From NCBI GenBank assembly GCA_965644265.1, contig OZ286459.1:131316001-131380000 (forward strand): DNA of 64,000 nucleotides, given 5' to 3'. The stretch comes from Glycera tridactyla (Eukaryota). Position 1 is the stretch's first letter. Every line of letters begins with the position of its first letter. The translations under genes were made by a program, and so were the position numbers. Below, in pieces: positions 49,601 through 62,900 of this stretch. The notes beneath the pieces were generated by a model. The model was not told where the DNA came from. It worked only from the letters and a program-made list of their open reading frames with translations, and searched no databases.

Positions 49601-50901
49601 CACACTTGGACAGGTAGGTCACCAATCACGTCCCACCAAGGTCATGCCAAGTATCATGTCTCATACTACCATACCAGGACTCACATTCGGACAGGTAGGT
49701 CATCAATCACTTCCCACCAAGTTCAAGTCAACTCTCATGTCACATACTATCACGCCGTGACTCATACTTGGACAGGTAGGTAACCGATTACTTACCACCA
49801 AGGTCATGCCAACTCTCATGTCTCATACTACTGTACTGGAACTCACACTTGGACAGGTGGGCCACTAATCACTTCCCACTAAGGTCCTGGCAATTCTCAT
49901 ACCTCATACTATCATACTGGGACTCACAATTAGACAGGTAGGTCACTATTCACTTCCCACTAAGGTCATGGCAATTCTCATACTTCATACTATCATACTG
50001 GGACTCACAATCGGACAGGTAGGTCACCAGTCGCCCCCCCCCCCCCCTGCAAGGTCTTGTCAACTTTAATACCTCATACTATCGTAATGGGACACACGCT
50101 CGGGCAAGTAGGTCACCAGTCACTTCTCATCAAGGTCATGTCAACTCTCATGTAGGTCGCTAGTCACTTCCCACCAATGTCATGTCAACTTTAATACCTC
50201 ATACTATCATACTGGGACTCACGCTTGGACAGGTAGGTCACCAGCTACTTCACACCGAGGTCATGTCAACTCTCTTGTCTCATGCCACCATACCGGGACT
50301 TACTCCTGAACAGGTGGGTCACCAATCACTCACCACCAAGGTCATGTCAACTCATATGCCTTTTTCTACCATGCAGGGCTTCGCCTTTGTAGATCACGAA
50401 GCCCTTCCGTTCGAAGTCATGTTATTCTTCCTTATACTATCGAGCCGGGCTTCACTCTCGGGCAGGTAGGACCCAATCACCCCCCAACAAGTTCAAGTCA
50501 TATCATATACTACCATGACGGGACTCACATTTGGATAGATAGGTCACCAATAACTTCCCCAAGGTCCAGTCAACTCGCCGACCTTGAACATCCATACACA
50601 CCAAGCACACGCTTGAATAGGTTGAGCACCAATCACTCGTCAACTGTCTTAGATCATACTAAGCAGGTAGATTACTGGTCTTGAAACTCAAGTTGGCTGG
50701 CATTCACACTCATTTTTAGGGTTTAAGGTCATTATTTCCCCTATGACATCGATCCAATTAGATCACTGAATCATTGTGATTTTAGTTTTGCGCGATGATG
50801 GACGTTTTGCAAGAGATGCTGGAGCAGATCAATCGACAGCGCAGAAACAAGATGATGGACGAGGCGGTGGACACAACCAACTCAGGATACAACAGGTATT
50901 G

Positions 50902-50943
<42 letters not shown>

Positions 50944-53900
50944 TATTTATATATATATATATATACACACACACACATACTCAAACACATAAATATAAAA
51001 GTGCGCATGGGAAGCCACCAAAGGATAGACACTGGAACCACCCTGGTGTCACCTCCTGATGGAATTGATGTCCAACCCGACCACCAGATGACTCTTCTGG
51101 CCCATGTCACCGCAGCACTCATTCCCAGTCAAACTGGCCCACCACTGATACACCATATAAGACGAGAAGGTCAATTAAATGCAACCGTAGAACTCTATGA
51201 CGTCACACTATGACAACACATGTACGCAACGAACGGTTGTGTCGCTCAATTCTCGGTATACCGGTAGCAGACTGTTCTCTCGTCCACCTCATATACATTT
51301 ATATGATATCATTCAGAATGGTTGGTTTTGTTCACATCGGGCACTGATGATGTCACTCCATTTTCTTTCATGGGGGGGGGGCAACGCGCTCCGTATTTTT
51401 ATTTCCTTTCTGCGAACTTCCATTACGTTCATTCCATCGTTTCCGTATCTGATTGTATGAAAGAAGTGCGACCCATTTTTCATGAATATTAATTGTATGT
51501 CGAGTATTCTCCCGTCGCGGTTTCACACGTGCATAATGCAGGGCTCAAAAGCTTCGAGCCTACACTATTCAGGGTGTCTGGAAATGATACTGTTTTTTTT
51601 TAGTATTATTCCTGCTGGTAGGGTGTGTTTTTGAAGTAGTTGGACATTTTCAAGAGCAGTATCCGGACATCTCAGGAGAAAATATCATGAATCGAATAGA
51701 AAGAATCGCAAAGAAACATAACAAAACAGAATAAGATTAGTATGATGCCTCACCATTATGTTGTTCTTGTCATGCAGGCGAAAATCTATAGATATGCGCT
51801 ACAGTGTGTATGACCCACCAAGACAGGAATCAGCTGTAGGCAGCAAATATTGTTTAGCTGTTGATGAGGCGTACTGCAAATATCGGCGTAAGTATCATTT
51901 CTACATCTGCTGGCGTGTTTTGATTCCTTCCCAAACAAATTCGCTTACTGAAATGTTTCTCTTGTTCACCATGCAAAGGACACATTTGCTCATGATTATG
52001 TGCAGGTTTATAAACATTACGAATATTACCCAACTTTATTCGGGAAAACTTGAAGACGACTTGGTAAGCTTCCTCTTACATTCTGCATATTTCCTCTTAT
52101 CCGAACATGCATAGATTTGCAAATGGTGTCATATTATTTGAGTATTTGGTAGTGTAACCAGTCGTAGAATGTTAGAATATTCAATTACTATTCGTCCTCA
52201 AGTTATCCTGTCTAGTTGACAATGACAACATTTGAAGTTCACTAGTTGTGCAACGTAAGTACATCTCATACTGTTTGTCGTTGTGGCATTATATACACAA
52301 CATATATAAGCCTTAGCTTAAGTCATGTGCTGCATACCACTAGCTTAGTGATTTCTTTCCAAGCATAGGAGCAACACACTCATGATTTTTGTGTTTATTT
52401 TGATCACCTTCTGTGTCATCGGTTATAATGGATGAATGATACAATCACACTTGTATCGGGATATAACACTAAAAGAGCTACGAATGATCTATGTACAATG
52501 ATAATGTACATCGGATAAAGACATACATCAATACATATATACATACATACATCAACAAATACGAACATGAATACGTACATATGTACTTCCGTACATACAT
52601 GCCTACCTGCCCACGCGACCGACCGCCTGCCCACCTACCCGACGACCTGCTTGCCCGCTCGCCCACTCTCTTGCCCGCCACAGTCTGCCTGCCCGTCCAT
52701 ACATGAATGTATATGAATAAATATGATCATCACACATTCACGCATGGATATGGAAGGTCCATATTTCACATAGTTCGTAGCTCTTTTGTCCGAACAATAT
52801 CGCCTGGACATGGTTAAATTCTGGCCAGATGATATTGGACGGCTCATTGGTGTCATATTCCACATACGAGGTGCATGTATAGAAATCACGCACAAATAGT
52901 GTGTCGTCTTGCATGGCATATACAAAGAATGACACAAACATCAGATGCACAAACTTGTGTATCACTTTTTCTGCAGTCACTTGTCTCGTTCGGTGCATGC
53001 AACGTATAGATCTTAGTGCATCAGATGCTGGTGTGATTCTGATGTATATTGTATGATAGGAGTCATGGCCGCCACACTTCCAAACTTACAGGGTAGTGAG
53101 ACATGATGCCCTGCAAGTATCCCGCACTCATGTCTTGCCTCCTATCCTTTTAGTTATTCAATCGAAAATAAAGGTTCATTCATGCTTCAAATAGTTCTTT
53201 AAAGCTAAGAAATTCATTCCTTACTTTCAAATGCGAAGATATCTGTCAAATCCGCTCCAATGAGAATTCATTTGGAGTTGCAGGCAGCTGGTGATGTAGA
53301 GAGACATTGCTCGCTGCACATGAATAAATGCTTCCAAAATATCCATCTTCTATGGTATTTCTTGATCACTGCTTTGTTCTTCACCGATTTAATTCAAATA
53401 TCATTGTCGAATACTGATTATGACAAACATGGTGACAAACAAAATGATTCCAGGCACGCTTTGATATAAATACCAATAATCTGTCGTCACGCTATAGTTG
53501 AACTTGTCTAAAAATCAGAGAAGAGTCCTACCAGTGTCAGAATGTCATAAGCCTATTTTGGGCAGGTGACTTTCAAATAAGATGGTCTCCTGGCGGATTC
53601 GGGTGCATCATAAGGTACACGAACAGGACACATCTGTTTTCAATTCATAGGTATGCCCCGAAACTAAATTTGCATAATGACATTGATAGGTGGCTCATGC
53701 TGATTATGACTCAGTCGTAGCTGATTTCCTTGCATCATTGATATTTTGTTCGGACCTATTTTTAAGTTCTACCCGATGGAAATGTTTGCAAGCATCATCA
53801 TCTGTGCTGTTTTAGCTCTTCGATTTATTTTATCAACTGATTTCTTACCCTCCGCCATTGTATACTCAGATTATATTTTAATTCCTGATCATATATCGCT

Positions 53901-56900
53901 TGCTTTCCCCAAACCTGCCATTTTAACTGATCCACTGATCTTCAGAAATGAAAGGTACGTGAAATTTGCCTTCTGTTCGGGGAGGTAGGTATTAATCTTA
54001 GGGACTAATTTCGAAGTATCTGAGGGATATTTGAGCAGATCATCTTCAGTTAGTAAGTATCATATAATCACTACAATGTTCAGGTATTTTCGCATGGTAT
54101 ACAAAACGATATCATAGGCAGTGGAAACGTGAATTGTCTCAGATTCTGCATGATGTATTTACAAATGATGAAAATATCACAAATGAACAAATTTCTCTGA
54201 TATAAATCATATACAACGATAATTCAGTCTTCATGTTTTACTGGGATGGTTGCTCTCTATGTTTTGAAGATCCTATGAATCATAAGGACTGTTAATAAAG
54301 CAAAAAAACAAACAAAGATTTTGGTGGTAAATCAAGTGAAATAATACAATAATTACTATTTGTCAAATGACCTGATACTCAGGAAAAGAGAGTGTGTAGA
54401 TGAAGCTTATAATACCTAGTACCCACTTTTCCATGATGGAAGTCACTGTCTTGCTGTTGAGATTTAATGTGACCACATCTCTCTAATAATATATGTCCTC
54501 TCTGTAGCTTTTTTCTCGAAACTGCATAGACAACCTTTTTATGCTTTTTGCACGCTTCAATGATACAGCTTTCTAGTCTTTTGTAGTCAGAGAAATGTTC
54601 TTGTTTGATGATTTAGTATCTGTTTATTGTTTAATGGATTCATGTTTGGATGCATGTCACTTTTTGATCAGCAGGTTGAAGCCTATATCATGGTGCGGCG
54701 TCCATCGAACTAGCATGGGCGAAAAGCATTGAGTTAAAGTCTCAGGATAGTCATGATTGCCGTGTGCTTTCTGTGCCTATTCTCTCCTATGTTGCTGCTT
54801 ATGTGCTCATACACAAGTACCTGTGTAGATACCGAGGAACAGAGACAAATGGATATCTGACTGATGTTTATGAATGCATATTTGAATCGTTGACAGTTTC
54901 TTCATCCCAAATTTACGTCCAATCTACTGCTAATGAACCATAGGTCAAATACCAAATTTATCACCGGAAATATCGACTTTTAGCTCGTATAGGTCTGTGA
55001 TCGGATTTATTTTAAAAAAAGCGTGATGGATCTCATATTATGTGGATGAGTGTCTCAAAAATCTAGCGTATGTGCACACTGTTGATAAATCCCCCCGACT
55101 GAAAAATGAAATACCGACAGAACCTAGTATTATCAATCATTCACCAGCTCTCTTTGTAGAGATTCGAATGTATACAGTTTTCTATAGTTGGTTTCTGCGA
55201 TTTGGAGAAGGCTGTTCTGCTCGGCACGCTAGCATCGACAGTTTTAATGGATACACGGCGTCTCTGGTTTTGTAATACTGGTGTGATGTTGGTTGTGGTT
55301 GCCTCCAGGCGGAGCTGCATGTTGATGACATCACAAACTGTATGCGCCTCCATGTATGCAACTATTCTCGTTCTCGCATTCTGCTCTTTTGCCTTCTACT
55401 TCACCCTTCTGCCTTCTTTATCCGCCGAACTTCGCTATTCCCTCACCTTTCCCATGGTTGTCACATGTCTGTTCAAGAAAGATGGTACGAGAGTTGTATA
55501 CTGAGGTTTAGCTTGTATTTCACTCTTCTGTTGGTGGAGTTTGGGTGGTAACTGTTGTGAACTAACATTTTGGCAGGCCGCGGGTCTCAATCAAGTTTGC
55601 CCGGGTCTCTGCCTACTACCTACATTACACGTGGATCTCCCGTCAGAATAGGTAAGTGCCTCAAATACAATTTCCAGCACAATCCCATGGAATCCGATAT
55701 CTAGTGAGAGATAGCATACTGAAATTCCTAGTGGTGTCATAAGAAGATTCCAAATGAATATATGATGATTTACCAATAAAAGAATGAATGGACGAGTACA
55801 TACAACTATACACACCTACACATATACATTTCAACTGTCATGTTCAAGAACCAATACATAAGATAACTTCTTCGATTCTGAAGCAAAACGTCAGTGTAGT
55901 CTAACCTTCGATGCATTCAGCCAGAAAGTAGATGTTTATATCATACTCAACTAGATCCAATATCATTCATAGATTCCTGTTTCGTGTCGCAAGGAAAATA
56001 TAATTCATATAAGCTGCACGTGCTTCAAGTTCAGGTGACTTCTCAACTGATATAATCTCCATGCACATTATTAATGAAGACAGCTTTAGGATCTGTGGAT
56101 GTCGAGCCAGTATAAATGATCATGTTCTGGAATTGCAATTCAAGATGAAAGATAAACAGATGCATGGTGAATTACAATCAGACTCCGGAGTACAGAATGT
56201 CTTGCAGCTATGATAATTATGCCAAATTATATGGTTCTATGTATAACTATAATGTAAATATAGGCACCTGCATTTACCATATCCCAGGTTTTTCTGGCAT
56301 CTATTTCTCTATGTCCTATCGGATTGGCCATTTTTCACCTATTTGTGACTGATATAGTAACATCAAACTCGTGGAGTATGGATTGCCAAGTAATGGCTGC
56401 ACATATGTCAAGGATGAATGTATATTGCTTGGTATATTTCGACATTATCTCCTATCGGGTAATTGGGTTTTCGCATTATTATGCGGGATACCGCACAAGT
56501 GGGTCCTCATCAGCTTTGATTGACAACAACACCTGCATAATTAATCATTCAACTCCGTGAAAACTACATGCTAAAGCTTTACCTTCAGTTCTTTAAAATG
56601 AGCCCATTTCTTTCTAGCAAAATAACCACATTCATGATAACCTACACCAAAATGGATGCATATACTTTTGCTGTAACTCCTATTTGTTTTTATATTTCAT
56701 GAAGGCGTTCCTCAAAATAGGTATTACTGGTACCGCCAAGGTAAGAAATGTGCCATCATGCGGCATTGCTATCAGTTGTTTGGTGAAGGAACGATGCTAT
56801 TGTAATCTGGACAAGCCTATTTCCTCTGTACCATATCCACTAGGTCTCCTTTTCCGGTGTTTCTTGTCGTAGTGTGATCGTGATGTTATGGACCATGTGA

Positions 56901-59900
56901 TCGTTATGTATCATACGATTTTTTGACTTCCATTTAAGAGTTATTTCGTCTCATTATCTCTCGCATTCTACCCCTTATTTATTCGATCCACCTATCTCAA
57001 GCAGGATGACAGATTACATATTGAAAGCGAGTATATGATATCATATAACTATCATTTGTTGCAGACACTGCTCGATCATAGATCGATGCTATGACACCAT
57101 CGGTCGGGAAAACTAGCATGGAATCTCGCCCTATAATTACAATCCAATAATGTCAGAAGTCACGTAAATTTGATTGCAATTTAGGCGATTATATGGTACA
57201 ACCATTGCCGTCGGTCGTATCAGGCAGGTTCAGTGGTCTACAATATTTCAATATTCCGATGATCATTGGCATATCAAATATGAAAGCAATAATGTCCAAT
57301 GAATGTTGTGTAGATTCTTTGACCTCCCAGGTGCATTTGATTTTAGTGATATTTGGGTAGCATCTTCATATTAGGCAAGGAGAGGCAGAAAACATGGGAC
57401 CAGAGACGAGTCATTCGCAGGTTCTTCGCATGATCGGAAGTCTTTGTCATGTTGTATGGTTGTTTGGAGAACTATCAGCCTATGGCCTCTGCAGTGTGCT
57501 GTAAATGGCTTGTTGAGATCATCATGTCGAGCTGTATCCCTTCTGTGGCTATACCACCTACTCCTCTGTTTGATATCATATGTGTTGTGTTTTTGGTCTG
57601 GTGGTGGTCTTGTCGATGATTGTTGCAACTGCATACTATTGCTTTGTTCATATTTTGGAACAAGAATAGGTATCTGATAATAGAGGAAACGGCGTGTATT
57701 CGGAAAATGTGCGTCGGAATATAGTTGCTTGAATTTTCCCAATTGTACTCCATACTTGCCCCAATCTTCAATCATAGACTTAAAGATCAGTGTGTTTCTA
57801 CGACCACTTATTGTATATCATGACAAACCATCAGAGATTCTTTGAGCAGTATTTTTTTTTTCATTTTGCATTATTAGGTATTTTCTGACGAAGACTTCTC
57901 CAGACTCATTCCAATGTGAACTGACTGGCAATTCATTTATTTATTCCTTTCTTAAAGTAGTGGGCAGTGCTTTTTTTAATCCATGCTTCAATTTCAGAGT
58001 ACTCTTTGTCCTATCAGCAATTTTATCTTTTATGTATTCTGGTGATGTTGCTTCGGATAGACAAAGGCATGAAGTCTATGTCACTCATCCCATAACAATA
58101 TATTTCCCTTACGAGAGAATTAATTCGAAATTATCATTACCGACATGTGATGTGACCTCCCGGAGTCTTACGTCTTTTGCACAAGAACAGTTTTGAAATC
58201 AAATGATGTGAGAACAGAGAACCACCGGCATTGTTGGTGAACAGTAGGATGGAATATTCATCCTATAAAATCTAAGTATAGAATTGTCCTTCGTTGCATA
58301 TTGGCCAAGTAATATACATTCTATCTATCCATGAGGGTTTTCATATCTGGATTTGGACCATCTCATAGAGTATCCTCCCTGCGAATTCATTTGCAGCATA
58401 CCTTCTACTAACTCATCACAAGTTTTCTTGAATGCTACAAATGGGGGTGCCCAGCATTTGTGGATACAAATGTATTCCTCCGTGATGCGATTAGTCATTC
58501 TTTCCCTCACTGCTTCCAACTGCTTCATAACACAAACTCCTAGCCAATGCACTCCATAGGCCTGCATATTTCACAGCCCAATTCTGTATTCAATTCACCA
58601 CCCGTCAGTCCTAGATTCATCCCGATGGCGAGTGAAATCCACTGATCCTAGCATTGGTGTCATATGTGATAGGTTCCCAATAATTGGAAAGCAGAGATCA
58701 GATAAACAATACCAATTGGCTTGTTTGTCAAATTACCCAAAATGATGAAGCTAGGTCCAATTTCGATTTGGTTTACCAGAATAACTGTTTGTGAAGCACA
58801 TCGTGCATTCTCTATTTCAATTGTTTGCTGCATTGTGGTGTATATTTCACTCACTGTACCCTCATGTTTGCTTGCATCTATCAAATAATCAATTCTCATT
58901 AGTCTATTTTGTGACAGAGGAAACACTTGAACAGACACTTGTGTACAATCTCTCCAGTGGATATCCATTTCAGTTGTTGACACGGACGATTGTACAATGA
59001 ATATATATTGCCTCTTCCTTTCGGAATGGAGGCAGAAGAACAATAATCATGCTTACTCATTTTTAATGGCATACACTGTCGTCAGGCACAGCTGTGTCTC
59101 AAACCACCGACCTCAACTATGCATATTTATCCGTCAGTAATTGTAATGAAATTGTGGATCTGCCAGCTATCGGGTGATACTAATAGTCCAATTTACGATT
59201 AAATCGTGTCATTCTTCGGCAATTTCTTGGCACTTATAGGCGAATTTTTCTCTTCTATTACACATGGGTATTTGTCTGGGCATTTTTCAAGCTTCTTAAT
59301 TCAATTGCAAAATCCTTCTGAGTAAAACAGGTCAGCATATCACTAAGAAAGACCCCATCTCAGAAATGGATGATTGGGAATCCGTTCGTGATTATTTCTT
59401 CCGAAAAATTTATGCCTGGACTCCCCAACATTTGGGTAATATAACAGCACCGCTACAAAACATGGAATAGCTGCTCTGCAGCGTGAACATATATGACACC
59501 GGGGGCACTAGGATTTGCCTGGACTCAGAGATATGCAGTTAACCACTCGTGTGTTACAGCACCAAGCACACCTGAACTGCAAACACAGCGAGCATCCCAA
59601 GAATCACTTCTTGCACGATCCTATCGACGTCACTCAAGCTTCCAAGGTTTGGGTTTGGTGAGTAGTCATATACACTTATGTGCGTATATATTGTGATGAG
59701 GTTGTCATTGCCATGAGGTTGTCCATCTATATGATATGTCAAAGAAAAGAGTAGGGTGCATTTGATATAGGGATATTCACATTTGAACAACACTACCCCG
59801 CAACGATGTATATGTGAATTTCTCCAAATATCCGAGTTTGTGTTGCCTGCAGTACGCCATCAGAACTCGGAATCTCTTCTAGGGGTTCTTGTCGGTTCAA

Positions 59901-62900
59901 CGTTTAGATATTAGCCGTATACCAAAGTTAAAAAAGTGGGAGAAATTTGCTCTCAACTCCTCTGCTCAAAAAGCTGCCTACGAATGAGCTAATTCTGGTA
60001 GAGCCATGTCCTCTCTGTGGGGAGGCGGCATTTTGCCTGCTAAATCCGGCGATCATTGCGCAGTCTGGGGTGTAATAATCTCTCATAGAATGTCTCAGAC
60101 ATGAGGTGAATCAAGTTGGTCAGCTTGGCTCATCTGTAAAGGCTTCATTTACTTCTGAGTCTAATGAATTGTGATTCCTCGACATACAGCTCCTGCAGCT
60201 CATGATAATTTATTCTGGTTTGATAAGAGATGATTGCTCGCGGAGACAGATAAAAAACACCGATTTCAAGATGTTACCGGATCTTGAATCATGAATCTGG
60301 ATCTGATGAAATATTGTTCGATCCACGTAGTGCCATGTAATGCTTCAGTAATCAACTTCGAATTCAAGTCATTCGCTGGCGATGGCAATATATTTGCCAC
60401 AATTCGAATCATTCGAGTCAAACGAATGAGTGTAGAAGTCCTATCTCGAATGGGCATAGCTTCGAAATGCAGGATTGAGCCAGTTTTATGGGAGGAGGGT
60501 GCGGTCTGATGATCAATGTGTTTCCTCAAAGCATAAACCAATTTTTAGAATTAATGTAGCAGCCTCTGGTTTTGACAAATTTTCTCAGGGTACATGTCAG
60601 GGTAAACTGTATGGGCGTAGGTTCGGATTCTGAGGGCTTCAAGGATCATATTGGCTTGGTTCCTTTGGTCAATTGAGCTAGAAATCGTTGAATGATCAAG
60701 TCTTCATGACTTCCAAGAATATCCCCATTTTGCAATGCTGATGAATCATGCGCATCGCTTTCAAGATCGGATTTACTTTCATCCACTGATTTAGACCCCT
60801 AACTGTCACTGGAATGACTTACAAACCAATAGAGTCATAACATCACTGACTGCCAGTGGGTGTCTATGGAATGCTTCAACATGTTTCCATTGTCTTCACT
60901 GATATTGTGTTGGCACTCTTGCCTGAATCTTGAGATTCAGTGGCATAAGTGTAGTCTTCAAGAACTATGAAAATTGATTTTTTTTCTGTCCGATGCAAGT
61001 ATTACTCTTAATCACGAAGGCAAGATGATGGGCACCCAGAAAGGTGGCATCCTGGAGGTTATCCACAGCTCAGACCTTCCTCTGTCTAGCTTTTTTTAAA
61101 TGCTTTATTCGACACAAGCATGGCCAAAATACAGAGTAAAAATTCACATTACATGCTCACGTGGACAAATCAGAACAAAATATGACATAGAACATGAATA
61201 CGTTTGAAGAGGAATATAGTTAAACAGGTTGAAAACATGACTTAAAGTGTCAAAAATGTAATACTGGGAGCTATTATTGGTAAAAGGAAATATCGAATTA
61301 TATGATATAACATAACAAAACATTGAAGAACCTGTGTTTGGTGCCTTTCAAAATTGAAATATCCAGAAATGGTCAGTTTGACCAACATCCATCGATTTGC
61401 GAGATATGTAGTGAGAAATCATCACGTATTGGCATCCCTGCATCCTGAACCCTCACTTTCAAAATCAAAGACTTCAATAGATCTGAGTTGCTCACAATAT
61501 ACAATGCCTCAAATTCCATTGAATCTTGAGAGTCTGAAACATTATTTTGGGCCACTGTATGGGAGAGCGCCTGCAGTCCCAATCCATTCATTTCCCATCT
61601 CCCCCATCCTCTATTCATCCATCCTGACAATTCATATCTTGACTTGTTCAGTGCGATAGTCATTTAGATAGCTCACCCTGGATCTCGAGCATCGTCACTC
61701 TAAGTGTAAGCTGTGCGTATTCTTGCTTCAGGAGGAGCAAGCAGTGCTTGAGAAGATCGTTCGTGAGACGCAGCGTCGGGTCAGCTTGGTTCCACCACAA
61801 CCTGGTAATCCAAGCATCCTCGTCAGTGAGCCGTCCGTCTCCGATTTTGAGGAACCATTCTTCTTTGGTACTCCACGACGTGCCAGTACACAAAGCATGG
61901 GTCCCGTTGTTGTACCGGTAAGATGAGTATTCTTTTAGTCCTGTTCCGTCGATCCAGTTCTGTGTGGTTCTCAGTGCTGAATTTATGAGAAATGCAAATC
62001 GTTCAACATTGATATAATTCACTGATGGAGCCATGATATAGCCCAATCATCGCAAAAAAACCTTTCTTTCCTGAGTGGCATCAATCATTTGTATTGTGAT
62101 TCGGGTTTTTGAACAAAACATGAATGTGTGGAATTAGGGAGAATATGTGCGTATGATGGTTATGCATATTGGATGGCTACGGTCTGCATTTGTTCGGTGG
62201 GCATTATGAAAAAATGATCCAATCAAATCATATTTTAGAGTCCGTATTTTATATGGTAAACTGTCATCTTATGATTGAAAGTCATCTGTCAATGGAAATG
62301 AAGATGATTTGTATCTGGAATTCATAAACATGAACTTAGATGCACACTATCCATCAGGAAATAGCTGTCTCTATACACGCTAAAAGTATGACGAAGGGTT
62401 TGTGCGTAAATCCTCGATCGATCGAGAATATATGCAGTGATCAGAAGGACAAATGTCCGAAATTATCTCAACTCAAATAATGACTGAATGACTTATGTTC
62501 TACCCCTGCTGTTATGACTGAATGGATCTAGTCGTCTCGTAATATTTTGAGATTTCTTCTTCCACTGGTCCATATATGGGTTTTGTGATCGTATATTGCG
62601 ATCAAAGTGGTGTGTTTTATTCATGAATGATGTGATTGCATCATTGATTCCTCGATATCTTCGATCAACTTAATGAGCTGAATTTCTGGACTGGTAGGAT
62701 TTTGAGAGTGATGTACCGATTTGCTTAGGAACTGTATAATGCAATATTGCTGACTGCTGAATTCTGCATTGGTACAATATTTGAAGGGGGTATGAGCTCA
62801 GGCGAAACGATGGAAACGAGCTCAACCAACCATTTTTTTCAATAAATATGATGCATGTGCAATTTCCGGGTAGCTCTGTCCATGGCATATGGTCTGATCT

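Noticed and set aside
57371-57775. Possible LINE C-terminal relic (CRGHRL)
   Set aside because: Only one weak motif; insufficient to call.
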